Shown here: in pieces, positions 44,680 to 64,000 of the stretch | How the letters are laid out: each line of letters opens with the position of its first letter | How positions within the stretch are numbered: the first letter of the stretch is position 1 | Assembly: GCA_964035545.1 (NCBI GenBank) | Contig: OZ037765.1 | Span: forward strand, 6,086,698 to 6,150,697 | Direction: 5' to 3' | Length of the DNA stretch: 64,000 nt | Source of the DNA: Bugula neritina | Taxonomy: Eukaryota; Animalia; Bryozoa | Notes under the pieces: generated by a model | The model's input: only the letters and a program-made list of their open reading frames with translations | Databases searched by the model: none | Told to the model about the DNA's origin: nothing | Position numbers and translations under genes: made by a program

Positions 44680-45535
44680 CTATTTTCCAAATTTCTCATA
44701 TCTTTCTTTTCTTGCTTTTAGGCTAGATGAAGCATGCTCAGCCCTTCTATCTTCTCTCTAAGAATATAAATTAAAACATGTTGTGTAGTCAGGATAAATT
44801 ACACTGCAGCAAAGTTTATTAATTTAGTTTTAAATTTATTACTGCATATATTCATCACGAACCTCTTTTTTTAGGCATTTGTTCAGTCTGGTGTCTAAAT
44901 CATTGCAGGCTCCAAGAAACCTAGTAAATTTGTTCTAAAATATATTTAAATTTTATAAAATTATAAGTTGGTGTGTGTATATAGCAAACTCATCAGTTGA
45001 TTTAACAGTTCTGTATCAAATTATAACAGCAAATACTTGAATGGTTAGATCTTATAGTCTAAACTATACAACAGGGTAATGAACCAAAGAATTTATATAA
45101 CACGCCAGGAGGAAAATGCAATCCGAAAATGATAATTCATCCCAGATGTCGATTTTCAAAAATTTCAAATTCACACAAGATTGACATCCTAATTTTAGTT
45201 GCCTAAAATGACTTGTAGCCATTTGCTGTAGCACTCCACAATTTCAACTTTACATCAAGCTAACTTTTGCAGAAATCATGTATGACAAATTGGCTTTCAC
45301 ATGACATTAGCATGTGTGCTGAGACCATAGCAAATACAACAGGACTCTATAGTAAAACATTTACATTATGAATTTGCATTATTGATAACTATATTTAATT
45401 TAAAAAGCTGCAAGCACATACACACGCACACAACCAATAGATTTGAAGACTTACTTCAGATCTGCATTTTGCCAATTCTTCTATGATGGCTACACATTCT
45501 GAACTATGTAGCTGCTGTGAAAGATCTGTGTGCAT
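44680..45535 (-). CDS. CMC2: COX assembly mitochondrial protein 2 (twin CX9C), 76 aa; not in the ORF track
   Basis: Exons 45535-45455, 44934-44863, 44757-44680: MHTDLSQQLHSSECVAIIEELAKCRSE|NKFTRFLGACNDLDTRLNKCLKKE|REDRRAEHASSSLKARKERYEKFGK*. Two CX9C motifs and an MHxDLSxxLH start. Confidence 0.92.
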
Positions 45536-46931
45536 ATTGACATCAATATTTTACCACCTAAGTTGAACAAAAAACACACTCAATGCAGTTAAAACATGCA
45601 TGCAACAGAACTATTTTTGTTGTTAGACAAAAATTAATTATGAGCATCATTTTGATGAGCAATGATGCTTTAAAAGTAGATATTTGGGAAAACGAATAAA
45701 TATTTAGCATCTTACACCTTGAAGGCATAGATTCTAACAAGAAAATGGTATGTTCACAAGCAATGGTTTTTCATAGCTGTATGGTAACTCAAATTGAAAT
45801 TTTGCTTCATAAAAATGCTGCTTTTGTGAATAATCATCGACGGCACTACGCAGTCTTCTTTACCTAGATTAATGAATACAACTACATGTTCTATTTTTTA
45901 ACCAATTTGACTGCTAGAATACTTATGAAAATTTTTAACCAGTTATAATCATAAAATTATAAGTAAATGATTATAATCAATATATTATTTACATCAGCCA
46001 ATTAAAGTTAGAGTGAACAATGAACTTGCAATAAAATTAGAAAATCAACAAAATTCAATTTAGGATTTTGACTTGTGCAGCAAGTAGATTATAAGTTTAA
46101 ACTCTAGTTAGTTGGTTGAGCAAGTCAACTTAAACTAAAACTGCACTTGAACCACCAAGTATAAGTATTAGAGCAGCCTGTGACTTGTGAGACTGTCAAC
46201 GCAACTAAGATTCCGTTCTGCCAAAAATTACTTCAAATTGAAATACAATCACTGAACATAAATCAGCAATTTGTAAAAATCAAATTAAATTGAAAAATAA
46301 ATATAATTAGTAATCACTATGACTAACAAAAAAATTAAAAATTAATATATTTGGAAAACTTCAAAAATTAAAAATAAACTCGAAAACTAACAAGTAACAA
46401 CTACTAGTACAAATTTAAGTTAAACAAGTAAATTAGCCTTAGATAATTCAATTACTAAAAGTAATACTAATACTAGTAGTAGTATTAGTATTATTATTAC
46501 TATTAGTATTAGTAATCGAGTATTAGTGATACCAATAGTCTAATACTAATACTAATAGTAATAGTAATAATGGTAGTGCTAGCAGTATTACTGTAAGTAC
46601 TAAGTGTAAGTCACACAAAGTGTATAGTATAACTATAAGAGTTTATAACTATAGTATAAGTAGAGCCAGAGCCCAGAGGTATAAACTAAAACTTAAACTC
46701 ACTTAAAGTTAAAGTAATAAACAGAATTATCGATTACAAAAATGTGTTTACTGGTATTTTATTCTATGTATTTGAATATTAGGTTTAACAACTATCTATA
46801 TTATATATGAATGTAAACATAATTATATTGATATGCCACATTTTATTAAATGTACCCAGCTTGAGCTTGAACTGGCATTATTTTTAAACTTCAAGTTTAT
46901 AGCAACTGCAAGTGTAGGCATACTGTAGGAA

Positions 46932-47395
46932 GTTGCTTTAAGCAGCACAAAATTAGTGCTAGCTAAGTGCAGTGGTTTGGGGGTATCAATTTTGGAGTTC
47001 GGACATCAATGTTTATACAAAATCTGCGCTCATTGAACCCCAATTTTGTTTTGCCGCTAGTGATGTCCAATATTGTATAACTTTTCGGCCTTGACCGAAC
47101 CACATTCTTATGGATGCTTTTTGAGTGCTCAGGCTTTTCACTGCTATTTTTACACCGTTAGGGCTTGTGATACCTCCGTTAAAAAAAGGTTAACTCTTTC
47201 AGGTAAATAAACTACTTTACCACAATGGTCAAGGTTGAACTTTCTTGAATTCAAACGAAATCGCTTGAAGCAGCACCAAGTTAGTAGTTATAAAGCAAAG
47301 TAGTTTGAAAGGGAATGGGGTTTCGAGTTCGGACAACAATGTCTATACAACTCTCAACTCAATCATCTCCAACTAGGTGCTGTTTCTAGCGATTT
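46932..47395. repeat. Hairpin element copies 2 (~46932-47064) and 3 (47258-47395), in the CMC2/PIK3C3 head-to-head region
   Basis: Cores GAGTTCGGACATCAATGTTTATACAA (46995-47020) and GAGTTCGGACAACAATGTCTATACAA (47325-47350). Copy 3 ends: AAATCGCTTGAAGCAGCACCAAGTT / AACTAGGTGCTGTTTCTAGCGATTT. Confidence 0.75.
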
Positions 47396-47547
47396 GCGAA
47401 GGTAACACTCCTTTCGAGTTTATTATCGTCGTAGTACCTAGTCGCTTCACTAAATTTTTAACGTGATTTCTTACGACCACTCTTCATTTTCAATCTTATT
47501 ATCATTATGTTCCATTTTTCTGACATATAGTGAATGTGACCGGATTT

Positions 47548-55623
<8,076 letters not shown>

Positions 55624-56720
55624 GTTGAGTTGCTCAGAGAGTTCCAAGAATTCAGTCCGACTCTAAGGGGTTACATTGCTAGTAGCAGTGTCTCGAGTCC
55701 AACAGAAATTATGCAGACTTTTTGTAAAAAAAGGAAACAAACACAAGCAAGGCAATACTCATACGTACATTGCAAATGGCTAATTGTATCTTACTAGTGT
55801 CAGACATGCTTTTTATAAGTCATAACTAATATTCAAGCTAAGATTTAATCATAGGGATAAAATAGACATGTCTTATTTTGATGAGTAGCAAACTAATTTT
55901 TATTATATGTCACATAGTCACATAAAAGTACATAAGTAATCATATTCATAGAGCATGCTATTTATTACACTATTTATTACCTGAATTATTCAAAAAGATC
56001 TAAAAATAGTTTTTTTCATTTTTTTAAATACAGTTTGAATCTACCAACATCTGGTGCACAAAATGAACTTCAGCATTATTTAATTTCTATAACTATCACT
56101 TTACTAAATAATAGGATCTACTGGTGTAAAAAAAGATTATTTACATTGTATGAAAAGTTTGACATTTTTCAAATGAATAAATAAACTTAGCACCAACGTT
56201 GATAAATCTAAAAAAGGCCAACTATGCGTACATCACAATGAACCTAGAAATGCAATTGTATAATTTTGGGTTGACCAATAGAAATATAACGATTATTTTC
56301 ATAGTATTAATATAACATTCAATAAATAAACAAGAATAGGCATTTAGAAATTGCCTAAAAATTATGGGAATGACATCGAAATTGGTGAATGTGCAAAGCA
56401 TTGAGTACAACTAAGTTTACGGTGTCCCTTTGTAATGGGGAAAAAGACATGCAGCTTGTGAACTATGCAAATTCTTTTTTTTCCGGAAGTTCAATTGCAA
56501 ATTAAGGATCAACAGACTATGAATTAGATGGAACTGAGATAGTCATAACAATGCTTGACTAGAAATGAGCTTAATTGAATTGCTACTGAGGTTTAAAAAA
56601 ATAAATTGCTCCCAACTGGTTCATTTTTTGTCTAGTTAATGGCAACACTTATGCTAAATGCACTTTAACATATTTTAAGTTGCTCCTACCTAGCTTTCAA
56701 ATTCAGCAGTACACTTGTGT

Positions 56721-59700
56721 TTATAAAGTCAACAAATATTCAACAGCCATTTGCACTGTGGATAAACAGTAGCCTTCTTGCTCCATCATATACCTACAAC
56801 ACAATTCACCCCATATGAGCAATGGCAAGCATTTTCACATGTTTAACTTTTGTGTAAATAATCAATGAGGGAGCTTGACACAATGTCAAAATGCATTAAA
56901 TTAACATGAGTAATAGCGCATGCTATTAGATATGTACACTTACTCTGGTGGTATGAAATCAGCCATGATGTTGCATTGAGATATGATTTGAGGAATCTGT
57001 GATTTGACAACAATATAGCATATTATTGGCAACAGATCATCTGCCCCCCTGCAATAAGTGGAGGAAGAGTAGCTCAATAAGATGTATGCATTGTAATACA
57101 GTGACAATATGACTTATCAATGTGACAGAGCACCTGCAAGTATTAGCATGTATTAACACACATTTATAATGAATCTTGACAAACTTACATCGGTTCTTGC
57201 TTATGCTTAGCTGCATAGAATGCTTCTGCTGTTTCTACTACCCCTGCATGTAGTCTTACTACAATTAAACAAGTACTACTATGCAATATACTAAAATACA
57301 GAGGAGTTACATATGCCAAAACTACTGACATCCACATCTTGTGTGATGTACCGCTGAACAGTAGAATTTACAACAAAAAATATTCCTCTCACTCCAACCC
57401 ATGGGTCTTGACCTTTTCTAGAATGATTTCTCAGACACTAACCAATGCAGAATTTCCGTAAATTGTCTTAGAAATATATGTATAGTAGGACAACATTAAC
57501 CCTATACTAGCCTGTTTAACGTACCAGACATTATCTGGCAATGCAAACTGTGGTAATTGAAATCAAACTAAAACAAATTTATAAAACCTAGAGCCTTTGA
57601 TTTTAATATGAGTGACCTAATGAACTTTGCCTTGAATATTCATCCTTTAGAAAAAGTTTGTAGAAGTTTTAAAACATGTTTCACCCAAAAAAGCTATAAT
57701 ACCACATGAAGTTATTCCTTTTTTAAAAAAAATGGCAGCATTTATCAAACCTCACTCAATCACTATTCAATAGATGACATATTCTTCAGCCTACATTGTC
57801 ACACTGCCACATTGAGCTACAGTAAAGTAAATAGTGAAAAAATGGCATTCAAATATTACACTGTATAAAACTGTATACCTGTGCAAGAGAGAGCCTTTTC
57901 CAATGGTGAGTGAATAGCTGTAATTCTTCGAAGATGGCTGACAAGATGGTTATAGCATTCCCCTCGGGTGTCTAAATACCATTTCTCATTGACTTGCATA
58001 TGACTAATATCTTTCTCAATAAAACTGGTCATTATTTCAGCCATTTTCCTTTCCTTTTTCAAGTTTGCTAACCTATAACCAAAAGCCATTCGCAGACTAT
58101 TGCCCTTTGCATATACAAAACAACCAGTCAAAGTATTAATTTATATCTGCTAATGTAAATTGGCGGAACATGTAAGAGAAGGTAACAGGAAACTAATGAG
58201 GGAAACTCACCGATAGAGTATTTGTAGTTGATCACCAATATCAGAGAACAGGCACTCTAGAACAGCTGTGTTTATGACATCATATCCTTCTTCTGAGTTC
58301 AAAGGTTCGTATGCCAGTCTGAAGAGTATACTCAGGCAGTGCATAGTCTCGTGGAGATACCCTGTAACCGTGGAGAGATGCTCTTTGAAAGCAGCAGATT
58401 GGCCTTCAACCTCATCCAATTCATTTCGTATTTTAGACGCCAGTTCATCTGCCGCAGCTAAATTATTTAGCTTTCCCGGCACAACCGAACCTGTTACATC
58501 ATCAGGGACTACTTTATCATTGAGCACTTCGTCATCCTCAGAATCGAACAGATAGTCCATCTCATCGTCAAAACTGCTTACTACTACTTCCTGCTGAGCA
58601 TCACCCTGTGTATCACCTGCCTTGTCATCATTGATTAACTTGCTGATCTCCTTGTCTGTCATATATTTAGCCAATTTAATCTCATCAACAGATACATTAC
58701 AATTCTCTTCAACTGTTGAAAAAGTGTTTTCTTCAGGGCTGTCATCGGCCAATACCTCCAGCTTAGCCACTGCCTCGTCAGAAAGTAATGGCTCTGAATA
58801 TAAGTACGGTACCAACACAGTGTCTGAAACCAATGTGCTATATTTCTCATGTAACGGGTCAGTCACTGCCTTTACTTTTGAATGACAGGTTTTGATAATA
58901 TCCGACATTGGGTGGGTTGTACTCCTACAATAGTTACAACCTGTGTAGAACTCAGTATATATATATTATATACTATACCAGTATCTGATATCTATTTGCT
59001 TTGCTCTAACCTTAAAATAGTCGTACAGAAATCATTGGCTGCACTGACATCTAGCTTGTTCTCATGCTTTAGCTGCGACTTTAAAGATAATGGCCATTTC
59101 TAAAACAAAGCCCCATTGAAATCTCTATAAGGAAACTATGATACATATGATACATAAATAACATGCACACAAATAAGATTATTGTGTTTCATGCAGCATG
59201 ATGAGAGAAGTAAATGGTAGTGGTGAGTGTACATACAAACTTATCATCGTGTATCAGTATGCTAGCCAACCATTCTTCATGTTCCTTTTTCTTAGCTGGG
59301 TCTTTAAGATTGAGGGCACGAGTCCTCTTGTCAGCGTAAGATTTCAGCTTCTGCTGACGGTGTCTTTGTTGTTCCTGCATCAACTTTGCTTTCTCATTAT
59401 TCTCTGAAATCTTTCTAAAAAGCTCTTGAGTCTACAATAAAACAACAATAACTACTTTGTCAAATTTTAAATGTTCATGTCCATTGCATGGCATGAATAA
59501 ACATTCTAATTGTGCTTAGCTCACTGTAATAAAACTTTATTTACAAATATAAACATTTAGAAGATTCTTTTTCATTTGTTTTATTACAATTTTTAAAAAT
59601 AAAAAACAGAGACTTGATTAGTAACTAAACCATAATTGCTTTCACCATGTTAGCCCTGCGTTGAGGACTGCATTCCATCTTTTCTAGGCGCTTTTTTAAA

Positions 59701-61572
59701 TGCTCCACCATCTTTTGATTGAGTATTTTAGCATATTTCATTGGATCAACAGCCGCTAAGACAGCACCGTCTGACATATCAACTGAAGGTGATTTGCTTG
59801 ACCTTCTCTCTAGAGACGGTGATTGAAGAGATGTTGGAAAATGAGCCGGCCGACGTGTGGTTTCGGGTGTAGACAAAGGTGACTGGGGAGATATCGGAGA
59901 AGTTGGCTTGGCAGGAGACTCAACAATTCCATTTTTAAAAGGTAAAGCAGCTGCAGTAAAACTATCACTATGACAGATCTCTATGAGTAAATCTTACAAG
60001 CATACAAAGTGCAGACATGATATAGTTTATTAGTACTTTCCTTTTGAGATGAAAATAATTCATTCTTTTTATCACTTCAACGGTAACTATGAAATGTAAC
60101 TTTTTGTTATTAGAAGTTCAACTGTATTTAGATGACGTAATTGTTCTGTCTCAGTATATACTATATATACACACAGTCATGAATAAGCTTCACATCAAAG
60201 TTATAAGACTGAAAATTCAATGATAATACGAAAAGTACCGCCCATACTTCAAAGAGAATGAATAGAAACTTGAATGTAAAGTTATGTAAAATGGATATGA
60301 ATAAATCTTCATGTCAAGCATTACTGAACCAAGGTTTTTATATTCCAAGCTTCAACATGTGCATTTCATTCATGTATAGATTATACCTTGAAGTTCACAG
60401 AAATTAACTATTCTTTCTGAGCACAGGTTAGCTAGCTTGGCCAGCTCCAGCCTTTGTGTCACATTTTGCTGATCTGGGGCTAAAAATACAAAAAAAAACT
60501 CTAAAAAACCCTTTCGGATATTAACTTTTGATGGCACACGAGACAAGTAAATATAAAACGTTTTAATAATTTAAATATTTAAATGTCTTACTATTTGCCT
60601 CTGAAGCCAATTCTGTGTATGCCTTGAGACAGCAGTTAATATATTTCTGATAGGCTTCCTGTGTAAGTAACACTTTTAATAAAGTAAGTGATGATAGGCT
60701 TAACCTACTAAAGACAGTCTTGTTTTAATGAAAGGAGTGGAAAGATTTAAAAGGTAGCCTTTACTATGAAGTGCTTCCAAGTGATACATTCTAAAATGAC
60801 ATGTGCTTTACTGGCTAATAATTAGTCTGTGTGAGAAAAACAAATAGTGTAGTTTTGGTAGCATTTCTCTTGCTGAAATAATTTGCCATAGCCACAGAGC
60901 AGTGTCTGAATTATTACTGGTTTGAAGATAAGCCAAATGCCCACTACATGCAGGTCACACTTTGACCCTAATTATTGTTTTTCAAACAATTTTTTGAGGT
61001 CAAGTGTGAAAACTGCTAGGAAATCATTTAGGATAAATTTTCGTCTTTTATTTAAATCAAATCTATTACTTAATTCAATGTTGGATATTTCACTAAATTC
61101 ACTTTAAACATTGATAATTCAAATGCTAAATGTATGATAGAAAGTTATTTATTCAAAAGTTGCTATTTAAATAAAACCAGTGTTTAAAAGGCTCACGTAA
61201 AGCTTTGAACAACTGCTTATTTTACCTTAGATAATTTTTCCTATATGCTTATAGCTATAGTAAACAGCATATTTATAATTATATGTGTTATAATGTAGTG
61301 GTAAATATAAGGCAATATAATCATTGCTGTTTAAAACAAGCAATTTTGTAAAACCACTCCAAGTGTAAAATATTTAGGAGTTTGCTAGAGCTTTAAATAG
61401 GCTCTATGAGGTAAAGGCTCACGCTTGGCTTCTAGAGAGAATTGAAAGAACAAAAATCAATATTTTGAAAATAGTAAAATAACAATATAATACATACCAA
61501 GTTTTTTCCCTCGTCTTCTAAAGTTATAGCATCTCCACTAATACGAGAGCAATTTTGTAAAGCCCGTTGCAT
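56721..61572 (-). CDS. VPS9D1: VPS9 domain-containing protein 1 (Rab GEF)
   Basis: MIT-like N-terminus MQRALQNCSRISGDAITLEDEGKNL|EAYQKYINCC; acidic middle; VPS9 motifs GADDLLPIMLYIVVKSQIP and EGYCLSTVQMAVEYLLTL*. Confidence 0.87.
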
Positions 61573-62689
61573 GTTTACATTTTATTTCCAAATCCAACAG
61601 CTCTAAACTTCAATAAAGATGCAGGTTTGCTGATTTCAATAAAAACACAAATATAGTCTGTCATGAATTTAAAACTCAATGTTACATAATGCGTCAACAG
61701 TAATAGCAAAGCATATAGTTAAACTCAATAACTAGAATTATATTTTAATAAGAGAAAACCAAGATTACAAGTTCCCACTAACAGAAAAGTAAATAATTAC
61801 TTAAATTCGAATTACACAGAAAGTCTGAATCAAAACTAAACACTTTGGCAAACACTGCCAGAATCTTTACAATAGATTTGCAAAATGAAATCTAGATTAA
61901 ATTGTGCCACATTGGTTTTATTTTATTCAAATTCAAAATTCATGATGGACCTACTGTATAGAAACGACACAGGTTTGAATGCATAACAATTGAAACCTTG
62001 ACATCTAAATATTTACGTGAATAAATCATGATTATGAATAACCTTATTAAAAATTGTTTCCATTTAAAAACAAGTACACACAAAATTAAAATAATTAATA
62101 TTAGACAATTACGATAGTATTGACTGCTTTCCTAGTTATAAGAAAACTTTATTGCCAAATTTCAATTTATAAACTTTAGTAAAAGCATTGAATGTAATCA
62201 GAGTCTGAGTTTACTTCTGGTTTTAATAAATACTAACTGCTAATACAGTAACTGCAAGTGCAACACTAAAAAGAAAGGCTAAGGCCAAAGAGTAAGTGTA
62301 ATACTAAAAGTAATTGACATATATGATCATGTTGATATTGGTATTCATAAAATGATATACGTTTACAATGACATAAACTTGAAGTTAAAGTACAACTAAA
62401 GAGTAAAAATAATAAATAATAATATCAATAAAGGTTTGATATTATTGATAATAATATCAATAATATTATGTTTTTATTAATAGTGTTACTAATAAAAATT
62501 CCAACTTGAACCAAAATTGAAATTTAATTGTATTTCAATTAGTAACAAATTTTAAAATAAAAATTAAATAAAAGTTTGTTCGCTCGGTCTGAGTTTCAGT
62601 TTCACTCTCCAGTTTCTGTGTCACTTCGATACTCATAATTATAATATTAATTTATAAGCACACTCACACTGCTACTAGTACTTCTAGTT

Positions 62690-63060
62690 CTTGTGCCAGT
62701 AAATCACTAAATGTAATAGTAATACTAAATCTAATAGTACTAGTAGTAATACTAGTCACTAGTAGTAGTAGTAGCACTAATAGTAATAGTAATACTTTTA
62801 TGTCCATTCAACATTTAAAATTTTAAACATTTTTAGATCTACACATACTAACAGTAACAGTGACATAGTGATAGTTGGAAGATATTCATATTGATATTCA
62901 TATTGTGTTTTTTGGAAAATCGAACTATTACTATTAGTATAAGTATTACTATAACTATTACTATTAGTATTAGTATTAGTATTAGTATTACTATTAGTAT
63001 TACTATTAGTATTATACAAACTCAAAGTAATAGTGGTACAACTAGTAGTACTATTCTAAC
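62690..63060. repeat. (TAGTAT)n / (TAG)n-like low-complexity tract; similar tracts at 40980-41100, 42090-42430, 46460-46660 and 63707-63800
   Basis: Seen directly. Confidence 0.85.
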
Positions 63061-64000
63061 TCTAAGAGTAAGTTGAATGCCACCAACACCAAACTGAAAG
63101 TAAAACATATACTATAATTTGATATTGGTAATAAATAAATAATCCTAATGTTTAGTAAATTAGTAATTGTAAACAAAAGCCAGAGACAAATGTGCATAAA
63201 CAGGAAATTGTACAACATTGCATGCATGCGGGCATGCGTAGAGGTTTGCTCTACTATGGTAGTTTGTTAGGAGAAATATAGTCAACTGTAATCAACGTGG
63301 ACAACGATTCTCCAAACTTTTATTATTGGTCAGAAGTGCATTTCTGTTTTACACAAAGCCAATGAATATAGAGTTAGGGTAACCATCGTGCGCGATGTAT
63401 CCAATTATCTATCGCTACACACGTGTTTCGTACCCGCTTGGTAGCACGCTTATATTGATACTATGTGATAATATTATATTCCACGATCACAAATGTAATG
63501 TTTGTAAATTCGCGTGGCCATTCAGGGTCTGCTCTTCTGGATATCTGGTGTGCTACAAATTTTTACAACGCAACTTCTATTCAATAGGGGATACATTTAA
63601 TTTTCAATGCATGATCGTTCACAGACATATTTACAGTAATACGTTAAGGTAAAGGAGCATAGCTGCAATGTAGTTGTACTCTTAGTTTTAAGTTGGTTTT
63701 ACATTTAGTATTAGTATTACTATTAGTATTACTATTACTATTAGTATTACTATTAGTATAAAGTATTACTATCAGTATTACTATTAGTATTAGTATTAGT
63801 AAGTCTTAGTGATAGAGGTAGGCTTGAAGTTCAAGTTCAAGTCAACTTCGATGGCACCACACAGTGACAGTATGAGTATGCTAGTGGAATTAAATTTTAG
63901 GTAATATCAATATTCAATATGAATGTCAGTGCTGGTATTAATTTACTCATTTTGACATTTAATAGGTATAATTATAATACATTTTTCATATGATTTCCGT

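Noticed and set aside
63395-63652. 85-aa ORF ending at a donor-like AG|GTAAAG, possibly the first exon of the next gene
   Set aside because: No recognisable domain, and any downstream exons lie outside the window.

Overview
AT-rich, intron-containing genomic DNA from a eukaryote, most likely an invertebrate animal. I rebuilt eight host genes by hand from splice sites and reading frames: (1) a ~585-aa coiled-coil protein with a C-terminal CCHH zinc finger (1117-7959, +) whose middle is built from seven symmetric 42/33-nt micro-exons; (2) a C2CD6/ALS2CR11 (CatSper-tau)-like gene (8893 to ~23000, +) carrying a PHD-ORF1 LINE in intron 1 and a young Gmr1-type Gypsy LTR element (integrase before RT) in a GC-AG intron 2; (3) FBXL20/FBXL2 (+), whose intron 2 holds a rearranged ISL2EU/Harbinger-type transposon with two ~1.07-kb inverted copies of its 3' end, plus a Harbinger MITE; then (4) delta-tubulin (-), (5) MRPL50 (+), (6) CMC2 (-, absent from the ORF track), (7) PIK3C3/Vps34 (+) and (8) VPS9D1 (-). 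Most striking: micro-exon sizes that match coiled-coil periodicities (14 and 11 aa); a hairpin element with a conserved core at both head-to-head promoters; a G_GGA_AAC slippery site at the LINE ORF1/ORF2 overlap; HSE-TATA-Inr architecture in the LTR; and the fold-back transposon. Gene names rest on recalled family motifs, not database searches.
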